From: Candidatus Enterousia sp.
GTDB taxonomy: Bacteria; Pseudomonadota; Alphaproteobacteria; Rs-D84
DNA length: 64,000 nt
Assembly: GCA_045634865.1 (NCBI GenBank)
Contig: JAZRBB010000002.1
Location: forward strand, 5,088 to 69,087
Direction of reading: 5' to 3'
The notes beneath the pieces are model-generated. The model saw nothing but the letters and a program-made list of their open reading frames with translations, made no database searches and was not told the DNA's origin. Both the position numbers and the translations under genes were made by a program. Position 1 is the first letter of the stretch. Each line of letters starts with the position of its first letter. Of this stretch, positions 19,499 through 29,704 are shown one piece after another.

Positions 19499-20497
19499 TT
19501 ATATCAGTTTTCCCATTGCTACGGCGGTATCGCACATACGGTTGGAAAAGCCCCATTCGTTATCATACCATGCTGTCACATGCAAAACATCGTTATCAAC
19601 AACACGTGTCAGCGCTGTATCAACAATCGCGCTGTGTGAATCGTGTGTATAGTCTGTGGACACCAAAGGTTTGTCTGAAATCCCAAAAATACTTGATTGC
19701 GATGCAGTAAATAATTTATTTACAGATTCAACAGATACTTTCTTTTTCATATTCAGCATTAATTCAATCAGTGAAACATCAGGTGTTGGAACGCGAACAG
19801 AGATGCCGTCCATTTTGCCAGCCAATTTAGGCAATATTAAACCGATTGTTTTTGCAGCGCCAGTGCTGGTCGGAACAATTGACAGATTCGCGGCACGTGC
19901 ACGTCGAAAATCTTTGTGGTTTTTATCCAATAATTGTTGGTCGCCTGTATAAGAATGAACAGTCGTCATCCAGCCGTTTTTTACACCAAACTTTTTATCC
20001 AATATATTTAATACCGGCGCCAAACAATTTGTAGTACATGATGCATTTGACACGATAATATCTTTACGGGTCAATTTATTATCGTTCACACCAAAAACTA
20101 TTGTTTTGTCTGCGCCCACAGATGGTGCGGATATTAAAACACGCTTTGCCCCACAATCGATATGAACGCGCGCTTTGTCTGCGTTTGTGAATAATCCAGT
20201 GCATTCCATAACGATATCAACATTTAACTTTTTCCATGGTAATTTTGACGGATCGCGTTCAGATAAACATTTTATTTTATTTTTGCCGATAATGATATAT
20301 TCGCCACTTTGTTTAACAGTCATTGGCAATTTGCCATGTACAGAATCATATTCCAATAAATAAGCATTTTGTTCAATTGGTGTAATGTCGTTAATTGCGA
20401 CAAATTCAATATCTTTGCGACCAGATTCCAATGCTGCACGCAAAACCAATCGACCGATACGGCCGAACCCATTTATAGCAACGCGAATTTTTTTCAT
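19499..20497 (-). CDS. gap: glyceraldehyde-3-phosphate dehydrogenase
   Basis: NGFGRIGR NAD motif; active site SCTTNCLAP; true start MKKIRVAING (ORF-track 5' extension is spurious). Confidence 0.9.
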   Translation of the reverse strand: MKKIRVAINGFGRIGRLVLRAALESGRKDIEFVAINDITPIEQNAYLLEYDSVHGKLPMTVKQSGEYIIIGKNKIKCLSERDPSKLPWKKLNVDIVMECTGLFTNADKARVHIDCGAKRVLISAPSVGADKTIVFGVNDNKLTRKDIIVSNASCTTNCLAPVLNILDKKFGVKNGWMTTVHSYTGDQQLLDKNHKDFRRARAANLSIVPTSTGAAKTIGLILPKLAGKMDGISVRVPTPDVSLIELMLNMKKKVSVESVNKLFTASQSSIFGISDKPLVSTDYTHDSHSAIVDTALTRVVDNDVLHVTAWYDNEWGFSNRMCDTAVAMGKLI

Positions 20498-20612
20498 CTT
20501 GAAAGCCTTCCTTGTTATAATCTGTATTGTATCGTATTTATAGCAAAAATACAATTTGATTTTTTTCAATGAATTACTTGAAATTGATAGCTAGGCTTTT
20601 ATAATTCATTGT

Positions 20613-21515
20613 ATGAAAACAAAATCTTTGATTATCACAGGCCCCACAGCATCAGGCAAATCAGACTTTGCACATAAATTGGCGTTGAAAATAAATGGTG
20701 CGATTATAAATTGCGATAGTGTCCAGATTTATCGTGGTATTGAAACTGTATCAGCGTCGCCTTTTGCAGGGGTACGAACCGATAGTTTTGATGAACTAGA
20801 TGGTGTGCCTTATAAACTGTTTTCAATTCTACCTTTGTCAGAGCATCTTAGCGTGGCTGACTATTTGCGTTTGGCGACCGATGCGTTTAATGAAGTTATG
20901 GCTATGGGCAAAACACCAATTTTTGTTGGTGGGACAGGATACTATATAAATGTTTTAATCAATGGCATATCTTCGATTCCAGAGGTCAGCGAAGAAACCA
21001 GAAAACGTGCGCGCGATATGGTTAAAAACAATATTGACGAAGTGTATAAGTTGTTGCCCGCAGATTTTGTCAGGACAGACCCACAACGTACAGCGCGTGC
21101 TTTGGAAGTTTTTTTGGAAACAGGCAAACCATTATCTGATTGGCAAAAATTGCCACGCAGCGGTGCGCTGGTGCCTGATGCTTGTAAAATACTGATAAAC
21201 CCAAAACGCGAAATATTGCTGGAACGTATCGCAAAACGCGTGCCAGAGATGGTGTCCGGTGATGCTTTGATAGAGGCGAAAAATATAATCGCAAATAATA
21301 TGGAAGAAAATCGCGCCATTGGCACAGAACAATTATGCAAAATGTTGCGTGGCGAAATATCAAGGTCAGAAGCAATAAATAACTGGATTACAAAAACAAA
21401 TCAATACGCAAAAAGACAGCGTACTTGGTTCAAGACGCAATATGTTCCGGACTATCAGATTTTGCGTGTGCCGACAGACGATGATTTGGAAAAAGTGATT
21501 GAAAAAATATCATAA
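20613..21515 (+). CDS. miaA: tRNA dimethylallyltransferase
   Basis: P-loop GPTASGKS; DSVQIYRG motif. Confidence 0.9.
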   Translation: MKTKSLIITGPTASGKSDFAHKLALKINGAIINCDSVQIYRGIETVSASPFAGVRTDSFDELDGVPYKLFSILPLSEHLSVADYLRLATDAFNEVMAMGKTPIFVGGTGYYINVLINGISSIPEVSEETRKRARDMVKNNIDEVYKLLPADFVRTDPQRTARALEVFLETGKPLSDWQKLPRSGALVPDACKILINPKREILLERIAKRVPEMVSGDALIEAKNIIANNMEENRAIGTEQLCKMLRGEISRSEAINNWITKTNQYAKRQRTWFKTQYVPDYQILRVPTDDDLEKVIEKIS

Positions 21516-21533
21516 AACCAGTATGTTGAAAGT

Positions 21534-23738
21534 ATGTTCAAATCTGGTGACATTGTCAAAGTTCTTATCCCAAATGTAATAAATACAGGCTATGATTATC
21601 GTCTGACTGCGCCTGCTGATATTGGTGCTTTTGTTCGTTGCACAGTAATGAACAGGCAGTATGTTGGTGTCATTGTTGGTGTTGGGGACAGCAATCTGGA
21701 ACAATCAAAAATAAAACCAATAATTGAAGTTTGCGATTTGGGTAAATTATCAAGGGCCGATATAGATTGGATATATAAAATGTCTGATTGGACTTTGATG
21801 ACGCCTGGCGCGGTATTGCGTTTGATTATAAATGTCCCAGATGCTTTTAATCCACCTGCTACCGAACAACTTTATTCATTTAATTTTGATAAAAATATCA
21901 AAATGACAGATGCACGATTGGCTGTGTCTGATGCTTTTCAGTCGAATGATAATGATGCTATGTCCGTCAATGATATTAAGAATATTGCGCATGTCAGTTC
22001 GGCTGTCATAAAAACAATGATAAAAAATGGCGGTTTAATTCCGGTGGACCAGCGGGTAAAAAATAAAGCAACATTTGACTATAAATATCGCGATATGGGG
22101 ACTGTCGTTTTGAATGATGAACAACAGTCGGCTGCAAACGAAATTGCCGATGCATTAAAACAAAATAACTTTTCTGTGCATTTGTTGGACGGAATAACGG
22201 GTTCAGGCAAGACCCAGGTTTATTTTGATTCTGCTTTGCATGCATATAATGCGGGTAAATCAGTTTTGTTGATGATGCCTGAAATTGCATTGACCGCCCA
22301 GTTTATGTCCCGATTTGAAAAGCGTTTTGGTGCGCCACCTGTGGTTTGGCACAGCAATCTGACGGCTGCGCGTCGACGTGATATTTGGCGTGGTGTTGCA
22401 GACGGGGCTATTAAAATGGTTGTTGGAACACGTAGCGCTTTGTTTCTGCCATGGCAAAATTTGGGATTGATAGTTGTTGATGAAGAACACGATACTTCAT
22501 ATAAACAGGAAGATATGGGAAATTATCACGCGCGTGACATGGCGATTTTGCGTGCAAAAATTGCGAATTTTCCGGTTGTGTTGGCCAGTGCTACACCGTC
22601 AGTTGAAACTTTGCATAATGTTGCGCTGGGAAAATACAAGCGTCTGCGTTTAATGTCGCGTTTTGGTGGGGCCCAGTTGCCAAAGATTGAAACCATAGAT
22701 ATGCGTGTGCAAAGACCTGAATCATACAAAGTTGATAAAGATTCAGAAAATGAAACATCTGGTAATTTATCACCACAACTATGCGAAGCAATATCAGATA
22801 CTTTGGCACAGCACAGACAGGTTATGTTGTTTATAAATCGTCGTGGTTTTGCACCGATTGTCCAGTGCAAAAAATGCGGTTGGGTTGCAGAGTGTCCTGA
22901 TTGTTCTGTGGGTATGAATTATCATAAACGTATTGGAAAATTGCTTTGTCATATGTGTGGTAAAACTGTCGCGTTGCCTGATAAGTGCCCACAATGTGGT
23001 AATGATGTTTCTATGCGTGGTGTTGGATTGGAAAAAATTCAAGAAGAAGTATCAGCAAAGTTTCCAAACGCGCGCACAGCATTGGTGTCCAGCGATACGA
23101 TTATGTCGCGTGAAGCATTGGAAAGATTAGTTCACAAAATGGAAAGCGGTGAAATAGACATCGTAATTGGAACCCAGATTTTAGCCAAAGGACACCATTT
23201 CCCAAATCTAACTTTGGTTGGTGTGGTTGATGCAGATATGGGCTTGTTTGGCACAGACTTTCGCGCTGGCGAACATACTTTCCAACAATTATTTCAGGTT
23301 GCGGGTCGGGCAGGGCGTGGTGAATTCCCAGGCCACGTATTGTTGCAAACGTATCAGCCCGAACATCCTGTGATAACGGCAATATGTAAAGGTAATCGTG
23401 ATGATTTTATGGCATCCGATATGGAATCGCGCAAAAGCGCAAAAATGCCACCGTATGGCCAACTGATTGCTGTGGTGGTAGAGGCGGACAAAGAAACAAC
23501 ATTGAAAAAGTATTGCGAACAATTGGCAAATGCAGCACCAAAATTAAACGGTGGAAAAATTATGGGACCAATCGCAGCACAAATTTATCAAATTCGCAAT
23601 TGGTACCGTATGCGTTTTTTGGTCGCAGGCGAAGCCAAAGCAAACTTGCAACCGATTGTTCGTGATTGGCTGAACAAAGTAAAACAGCCTGCCAATGTTC
23701 GTGTTAAAATCGACGTCAACCCACAGAATTTTATGTAG
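21534..23738 (+). CDS. priA: primosomal protein N' (replication restart helicase)
   Basis: 734 aa; Walker A GITGSGKT; DEEH; zinc-binding Cys cluster CKKCGW..CPDC...CHMCG...CPQCG. Confidence 0.9.
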   Translation: MFKSGDIVKVLIPNVINTGYDYRLTAPADIGAFVRCTVMNRQYVGVIVGVGDSNLEQSKIKPIIEVCDLGKLSRADIDWIYKMSDWTLMTPGAVLRLIINVPDAFNPPATEQLYSFNFDKNIKMTDARLAVSDAFQSNDNDAMSVNDIKNIAHVSSAVIKTMIKNGGLIPVDQRVKNKATFDYKYRDMGTVVLNDEQQSAANEIADALKQNNFSVHLLDGITGSGKTQVYFDSALHAYNAGKSVLLMMPEIALTAQFMSRFEKRFGAPPVVWHSNLTAARRRDIWRGVADGAIKMVVGTRSALFLPWQNLGLIVVDEEHDTSYKQEDMGNYHARDMAILRAKIANFPVVLASATPSVETLHNVALGKYKRLRLMSRFGGAQLPKIETIDMRVQRPESYKVDKDSENETSGNLSPQLCEAISDTLAQHRQVMLFINRRGFAPIVQCKKCGWVAECPDCSVGMNYHKRIGKLLCHMCGKTVALPDKCPQCGNDVSMRGVGLEKIQEEVSAKFPNARTALVSSDTIMSREALERLVHKMESGEIDIVIGTQILAKGHHFPNLTLVGVVDADMGLFGTDFRAGEHTFQQLFQVAGRAGRGEFPGHVLLQTYQPEHPVITAICKGNRDDFMASDMESRKSAKMPPYGQLIAVVVEADKETTLKKYCEQLANAAPKLNGGKIMGPIAAQIYQIRNWYRMRFLVAGEAKANLQPIVRDWLNKVKQPANVRVKIDVNPQNFM

Positions 23739-23814
23739 AAAAGTACACACTAAGGAAACTTTTTTAATTCTACATTTTTTTGCAGAATGGTCACTTTATC
23801 TTGATGACATACAA

Positions 23815-23965
23815 CCAACAGAAACCGTAGGTTTCTGTCATTGCGAGCGTAAGCGTGGCAATCCAGGTTAATGAACTCCCATCGCGAAGCGATGATACAA
23901 ATTTGTTAAAAGAATTGATATACCTGGATGCTCACGCTCGCTTGTCGCTCGCTCAGCATGACACA
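23815..23965. repeat. imperfect palindromic intergenic element (tgtcattgcgagcg..agcgtggcaatccagg / cctggatgctcacgctcgc..tcagcatgaca)
   Basis: Two arms about 30 nt each that are reverse complements with several mismatches, separated by about 60 nt; GC-richer than surroundings. Confidence 0.5.
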
Positions 23966-24075
23966 GCCCTTTGGGCCGTTATATTAATCCACAGAAGGAA
24001 AACACGTTTATAAGGGCGGGGAATTGATAGTTATCACTAAACAAAATAAAAAGCCCTGAATTACAGGGCTTTTGA

Positions 24076-24339
24076 TTAACGCCCATTTTGGTTGTTTTTA
24101 AGGTTTTCAGCGCGTTTGGCTTTTATGTTTTGTATTTGATTGTATATGAAATTTACCGATACACCCAACGCATAACATGTGCTAAGAAATTCGAACGTTT
24201 CAGACATTATATCTATCCATTGAACTGGTTGACCGAGTTTGGAACCAACAACCAGCCCCAGAAAATATGGACACGTTAATTTTATAGAGGTATTAAATAT
24301 CTTGTCCCATTGTATAGATGGTGTTTCAGATTGTGACAT
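24076..24339 (-). CDS. small membrane protein
   Basis: 87 aa, two hydrophobic segments; downstream of the virB11-like gene. Confidence 0.35.
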   Translation of the reverse strand: MSQSETPSIQWDKIFNTSIKLTCPYFLGLVVGSKLGQPVQWIDIMSETFEFLSTCYALGVSVNFIYNQIQNIKAKRAENLKNNQNGR

Positions 24340-24411
24340 TTTGTTCGCTCCTTTGTTCTATCACTGATAATATAGCACAAAAAATTACAATGTCAAGTTT
24401 TGATATAAAAA

Positions 24412-25407
24412 CTATACAACTTCTGTCACAGCACGCAGTGCGCCATCACGCGATAATTGAACCACGCGGATTTTCTTTTTCATTTCTGCGATTAAGTCTG
24501 TGCGGTTATATGCCGGTTGGGTATGCAAAATACGGTCTGCAAATGCTGCGTATGCAGCCTCTGCCGACTCTGCATGAATTGTCGTATAGAAATGGTCGTG
24601 TCCTGTGCCTAACATTTCCCACAGCACAGACGCATTGTCTGTTGATATTTCACCACCGATAATTACGTCAGGTGTCATACGAACAACCAAGTCCAGCAAT
24701 CTGGCATAATTAAAATCGTTTGTTTGTTCTGTTCTGGATAATACAAAATGTACGCGATTTTTTTGTGGAACTTTGATTTCACGCGCGTCTTCCACAGTAA
24801 TAACACGACTGTTCTGGTCGATAAGTGTCAACATATGATTCAGAAATGTTGTTTTACCAGTTGCGGTTGCACCGCTTATTAAAATAGGACTGCCGTCATT
24901 GATTGCAGACATCAATCTGTCATATGGGTCGTCTGGGCGAATCGATTTACGGGGTTTGACTTTCAATAACTTTTTGCCCCGTTCCAAATGATAATTCTTG
25001 AAATCAACATCTGGGGCACCACCACCACGAATATTCAGTGCAACACCGCCAGTCACATCACGTTCATCATATTGGACGTTTGGACCAGCAATCGCAGAAA
25101 AACGATGATTGCCGGGCAGGGTAGCGTAAACCACAGGCATACCACGAATCGGATCAAACGGGCGTTCGTAAATGTTGGCAACAGTGTGAATCAAATCAAC
25201 CAGATATTGTTTTGACAAGATATCTGAATTATACGCCACCCATGGAACGCGCGCACCATGCAGACGCATCCATACTTCGCCAGCGTGGTTTATTGCGATT
25301 TCTTCCACGAAAGACGGAGTATAAAAATCTTCCAATGGTTTCAATAAAGATTCCAGAACTACATTTCCCATAATTACTATTTTATCATAAATCGTTGCTT
25401 GAATCAA
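24412..25407 (-). CDS. virB11: VirB11/TrbB-family type IV secretion ATPase
   Basis: 331 aa; Walker A GATATGKTT; Asp box, Walker B and His box in VirB11 order; VirB11-like size. Confidence 0.75.
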   Translation of the reverse strand: MIQATIYDKIVIMGNVVLESLLKPLEDFYTPSFVEEIAINHAGEVWMRLHGARVPWVAYNSDILSKQYLVDLIHTVANIYERPFDPIRGMPVVYATLPGNHRFSAIAGPNVQYDERDVTGGVALNIRGGGAPDVDFKNYHLERGKKLLKVKPRKSIRPDDPYDRLMSAINDGSPILISGATATGKTTFLNHMLTLIDQNSRVITVEDAREIKVPQKNRVHFVLSRTEQTNDFNYARLLDLVVRMTPDVIIGGEISTDNASVLWEMLGTGHDHFYTTIHAESAEAAYAAFADRILHTQPAYNRTDLIAEMKKKIRVVQLSRDGALRAVTEVV

Positions 25408-25449
25408 AATGCTTTATTTGATAAAATGAAAAAAAAGAGAGAAAGAAAA

Positions 25450-25998
25450 ATGAAAAAATCTGTATTTTGTCTTTTGGGTTTGGCTTTGATTGTGGGGGCT
25501 TGTGGGGCTGGCAATCGTGAATATTATGGAGATGATTCTGGTGGCTTGGCATACAGCGAACGAACAAACGAATATATTTCTGATAAAAACGAATTTGCAG
25601 AAATCGATTCGTATCGCCCGCGGACTATGGCTGAACGCGAAGCGACATCAAATCATTGGGATACTGCACGCAAAGAAACCAGATGGCAGGAATACAAGGG
25701 GACGATGGTTCGCGTTGAAATCTTGTTGGGTGATACCGATGTTCGTGAAATGCGTTTACGCTTGATACAAAATGCTTCGGGTACAGATGTTGATGCAGAT
25801 TCCAGAACAATATTGGCGCGTGTCGCAGACTATGAAATGAAACGTGTTTGTGGCCGTAATGCTGAAAGTATTGTAAAGGTTTATGATGAACCGTCATTCG
25901 AAGTGATGCGTCCAACCTCTTTCTTTGATTATAGGATAGAGGCAGAAGGTGTCACAATGCGCGAATATGGATTCAGATGTGTCTATAACAAACAATAA
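25450..25998 (+). CDS. lipoprotein
   Basis: Start at MKKSVFCLLGLALIVGACGAG (lipobox); ORF-track start 25399 lacks RBS. Confidence 0.5.
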   Translation: MKKSVFCLLGLALIVGACGAGNREYYGDDSGGLAYSERTNEYISDKNEFAEIDSYRPRTMAEREATSNHWDTARKETRWQEYKGTMVRVEILLGDTDVREMRLRLIQNASGTDVDADSRTILARVADYEMKRVCGRNAESIVKVYDEPSFEVMRPTSFFDYRIEAEGVTMREYGFRCVYNKQ

Positions 25999-26018
25999 AA
26001 AAACAAAAGGAAAATGAT

Positions 26019-26342
26019 ATGAAGAAAGTTTTATCTTTGGCCGCTTTGTGTGGTGTTGTTGCTTTGGCAGGATGTGAAAAAATCGCAAAAAATGGCGATA
26101 CTGTTATAATTGATTATGCTGGATTTTTAGGCGAAGAACAATTCGAAGGTGGCACCGCATTTAATCAACCATTAAAATTGGGCAGCGGTCAATTTGTACC
26201 TGGATTCGAAGAACAATTGGTTGGTGCAAAGATTGGCGAAGAACGTGATGTGAAAATCACTTTCCCACAACAATATGTGCCACACTTGGCTGGCAAAGAC
26301 GTTGTGTTCAAGGTCACAATCAAAGATATCAAAAGAAAATAA
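26019..26342 (+). CDS. FKBP-type peptidyl-prolyl cis-trans isomerase (lipoprotein)
   Basis: Lipobox LAGCEK; FKBP core GDTVIIDYAGFL..G..F........LGSGQFVPGFEEQLVG. Confidence 0.8.
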   Translation: MKKVLSLAALCGVVALAGCEKIAKNGDTVIIDYAGFLGEEQFEGGTAFNQPLKLGSGQFVPGFEEQLVGAKIGEERDVKITFPQQYVPHLAGKDVVFKVTIKDIKRK

Positions 26343-26502
26343 TAGTTTTGATATACAAAACGGACAAGTAATAAATGCTCTCGGTACTGTGTTGAGGGCA
26401 TTTTTTTAGTTCCCATAGTGTGTAATATTCTGTATCCTTATAACATTTTTATTACATTTGGGCAAGAATTCAATATAATCAACATACAGAAAGGCGTTTA
26501 TA

Positions 26503-27498
26503 ATGACGGATATAAATAATCAAATTGCTATATATGTTGCAGAAAATGGTCAAGCCAAAATAGATGTTCGGGTTCAAGATGATACTGTTTGGCTGACGCA
26601 AAATGCTATATCTAAATTATTTGGAACAACAACACCCAATATAAATATGCATATTAAAAATGTTTTGTCCGAAGGCGAATTAGACGCAAATTCAACTATT
26701 AAGGATTTCTTAATAGTTCGAACCGAAGGAAAACGGCAGATTTCTCGTAATATAACACACTATAATTTGGATATGATTTTGTCTGTTGGATATCGGGTTA
26801 AATCTAAAACCGCAACTCAATTTCGTATCTGGGCAACAAAAACATTAAAAGATTATTTATTGCAAGGTTATGTTGTAAATCAACAAATGTTGTCTGAACA
26901 GAAATCTAAGATGCTGATGCTACAAAAAACTATGGATTTAATGACGCGCAGTATTGAAAATCAGGCTGAAAACCTGGATGCAGCACAACAAGTGTCGCGT
27001 GTATTAAATGATTTTGTAAAAGGACTGAATTTATTGGACGATTTTGACCATAAAACATTAGACACCAAAGGCAAGACCAAGGCAAAAGCAGTTGTTATAA
27101 AGCCAGATGAATTTTTATCTGTGGTTGATAAAATGAAAGGCTGTTTTGCAAGCGATGTATTCGCTAAACCAAAAGACGCAAGTTTTTACAGTTCTGTATC
27201 CCAGATATATCAAACATTTGATAGCAAAGACCTGTATCCAACATTGGAAGAAAAGGCTGCAACATTACTTTATTTAATTGTTAAAAATCACAGTTTTGTT
27301 GATGGAAACAAACGTATTGGTGCCAGTTGTTTTCTGTATTTCTTGGATAAAAACAATATGCTTTATGACGATATAGGGCAAAATTTAATTGATGATTCGA
27401 CATTGTTTGCATTGACATTGTTGATAGCAGAAAGCAATCCAGCAGAAATTGATACTGTGAAACAGGTTGTTATCAGCATATTAAATCGCAGAATGTAA
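26503..27498 (+). CDS. RhuM-family protein with C-terminal Fic/Doc domain
   Basis: N-terminal RhuM-like region (VWLTQNAISKLF); C-terminal Doc motif HSFVDGNKRIGA. Confidence 0.7.
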   Translation: MTDINNQIAIYVAENGQAKIDVRVQDDTVWLTQNAISKLFGTTTPNINMHIKNVLSEGELDANSTIKDFLIVRTEGKRQISRNITHYNLDMILSVGYRVKSKTATQFRIWATKTLKDYLLQGYVVNQQMLSEQKSKMLMLQKTMDLMTRSIENQAENLDAAQQVSRVLNDFVKGLNLLDDFDHKTLDTKGKTKAKAVVIKPDEFLSVVDKMKGCFASDVFAKPKDASFYSSVSQIYQTFDSKDLYPTLEEKAATLLYLIVKNHSFVDGNKRIGASCFLYFLDKNNMLYDDIGQNLIDDSTLFALTLLIAESNPAEIDTVKQVVISILNRRM

Positions 27499-27499
27499 T

Positions 27500-28315
27500 T
27501 TATATTGCTTTGATAAATATTTTTGCTTTGTTTGCGGCATCTAATACAGCCTGTTTATCAATTATAAAACATGTTTTTGTGTTCACAATAATTCCATGTA
27601 ATTTTGCAGCAGCAACTGCTTTTATTGTATCAACACCAATCGCAGGAATATCAATGCGCAAATCTTGGCCAGGTTTAGTCATCTTTGCAAATACACCACC
27701 AGTCTTTCTTCTGTTTTTGCGCATTTCAACAACACGTTCAAGCATTCTGGCAGTACCTTCTGCCGCTTCAACTGCGATAACCTGCTTGTCAACAACGACC
27801 GAAGCACCAATATCTTCGCGACCAATTGTGTGTGATACCTGAATCGCACGTTCAATATCGTGTTCATCAGATTTAGATGGCTTGGTTTTTGTCTGAATGC
27901 CAGGTTTTTCAAATGTCAATTCTGGTGCTAAATCTTGGGCGGCAACAACCTCATACCCACGTTTTTCCAATGCTTTTGTAAATGCGACAGCCATAGAATC
28001 ATACCCCCGTTGATTTTTCCAAACACTTATCAATACAGACAAAGACCATAAATCAGGCCGTATATCTGACAAGTTCACATGACCCAGTGCGCCAACAAAC
28101 ATCAGTTTGCGAATACCGCGCTTTTTGCATTCGCGCGCAGCGGTTCCGGCACCACCCAGACGAATAACCAAATCTGGATTTAATTTTGGGTCATAAAAGT
28201 TTTTCAGCCCAATCACATATACTTCCCATCCATTTTTGCGCAACGCGTCGCGCGTCAAAAATGGCAAGGATAAAGCACCTGCGAATAAAGCAACTTTTTT
28301 ATCTGTATTTTTCAT
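27500..28315 (-). CDS. lpxI: UDP-2,3-diacylglucosamine hydrolase LpxI (DUF1009)
   Basis: Start at MKNTDKKVALFAG; LpxI family features; alphaproteobacterial lipid A pathway. Confidence 0.65.
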   Translation of the reverse strand: MKNTDKKVALFAGALSLPFLTRDALRKNGWEVYVIGLKNFYDPKLNPDLVIRLGGAGTAARECKKRGIRKLMFVGALGHVNLSDIRPDLWSLSVLISVWKNQRGYDSMAVAFTKALEKRGYEVVAAQDLAPELTFEKPGIQTKTKPSKSDEHDIERAIQVSHTIGREDIGASVVVDKQVIAVEAAEGTARMLERVVEMRKNRRKTGGVFAKMTKPGQDLRIDIPAIGVDTIKAVAAAKLHGIIVNTKTCFIIDKQAVLDAANKAKIFIKAI

Positions 28316-28382
28316 AATACTTATATAATAATTATAAAATGAATTGTAATCAAGACAGATTTTAATATTCAAGGTGTTGCAT

Positions 28383-29312
28383 ATGGCTCGGTGTCCTTTC
28401 TTTGATTTGTGTGGTGGTTGCGAGTATGATTTTACTGATGCAAAATATCGCAAAGATAAAACAGCATTATTGCCACAAATTCAGTTTACAGATGCGCCAA
28501 TGTGGGGTAAGCCTGGCACGCGTCGCAGGGCAGATTTTGCTTTTACAGATGGGCATTTTGGTTTTTTCAGAAAGCATTCCAAAGATATTGTTGATATAAA
28601 CAAATGCCAAAATGTTGTCGATGAAATAAATGATGTGTTACCGAATATTTCCAAATTACCATGGGCTGGTTCAGGCAGTGTTCTAATTACAAAATGTGAA
28701 AATGGTATTGATGTTTTAATTACATCGGGTGTGCCGTATTTTGGAACAGATTTCAGAAATGCGGTTGAAAAATTGCCTGCATCAATAATACGTGTTATGT
28801 GGAATGATAAAGAAATCAGAAAATACGCAAACCCTGAAATTAAATTTAATGATAAAATTATAAATTATATGCCTGGTGCTTTTCTTCAGCCAACTGTGGA
28901 AACAGAACAGGCTCTGCGTGATTTGGTTGTTAGACATACGGATAACGCAAAGAAAGTTGCTGATTTGTTTTGCGGTTTGGGTAATTTTACATTTGTGACA
29001 AATGCAACAGGTTTTGATATTGTTGGTAATGGTGTAAAGCGTGATTTGTTCAAGAAACCATTAAGTGCAAAGAATCTGAATCAGTATGATGTTGTTATTA
29101 TGGATCCGCCACGTGCAGGCGCAGCCGAGCAGGTCAAAGAATTATCAAAATCAAACGTAAAAAAAATAATATATGTGTCTTGTAATCCAGCCAGTTTTAT
29201 TCGTGATGCTAAACAATTAGCCAAGGGCGGATATAAAATGACAACAGCGATTCCCGTGGATCAGTTTGTCGGCTCTGCACATTGGGAAATATTCTGCGTT
29301 TTTGTAAAATAA
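28383..29312 (+). CDS. SAM-dependent RNA (uracil-5-)methyltransferase, TrmA/RlmD family
   Basis: N-terminal Cys cluster CPFFDLCGGC; C-terminal MTase motifs DLFCGLGNF, MDPPRAG. Confidence 0.7.
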   Translation: MARCPFFDLCGGCEYDFTDAKYRKDKTALLPQIQFTDAPMWGKPGTRRRADFAFTDGHFGFFRKHSKDIVDINKCQNVVDEINDVLPNISKLPWAGSGSVLITKCENGIDVLITSGVPYFGTDFRNAVEKLPASIIRVMWNDKEIRKYANPEIKFNDKIINYMPGAFLQPTVETEQALRDLVVRHTDNAKKVADLFCGLGNFTFVTNATGFDIVGNGVKRDLFKKPLSAKNLNQYDVVIMDPPRAGAAEQVKELSKSNVKKIIYVSCNPASFIRDAKQLAKGGYKMTTAIPVDQFVGSAHWEIFCVFVK

Positions 29313-29331
29313 TTTTTATGGGATAATAAAT

Positions 29332-29362
29332 AAAAAAATACCGCTGTTTCCAGCGGTATTTT
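29332..29362 (+). terminator. rho-independent terminator
   Basis: aaaaaataccgctgtttccagcggtatttt hairpin plus T-run. Confidence 0.6.
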
Positions 29363-29704
29363 CCGGATGCCTTGAAAGGAAGGAAAGGAGAAAAAGAAAT
29401 AGGCATCCTAAACTGATTTTGGGCCCAAAGTCCAGAGGAGAGAGAATGTAGGAGGGAGTCTGAAAACCCTGGGCCCCAACAGACATTTTGTGTCTGGTTA
29501 ATGGAATTGCTTCCTTTAACGAATCGAAATATAATACACAAACAAGGGTTTGTCAAGTGGTTTGTCAAAAAAAAGTTTGGTATTTTCATTTTGGGGTATT
29601 TTTCACAGGAAAACAAACCAGTATATGCAGATTGAATTTATTCGCAAAATCAATTATTATTAGATTGTTGGATTGGAAAACCAAAGAAAAATAGGAGAAT
29701 AGTC

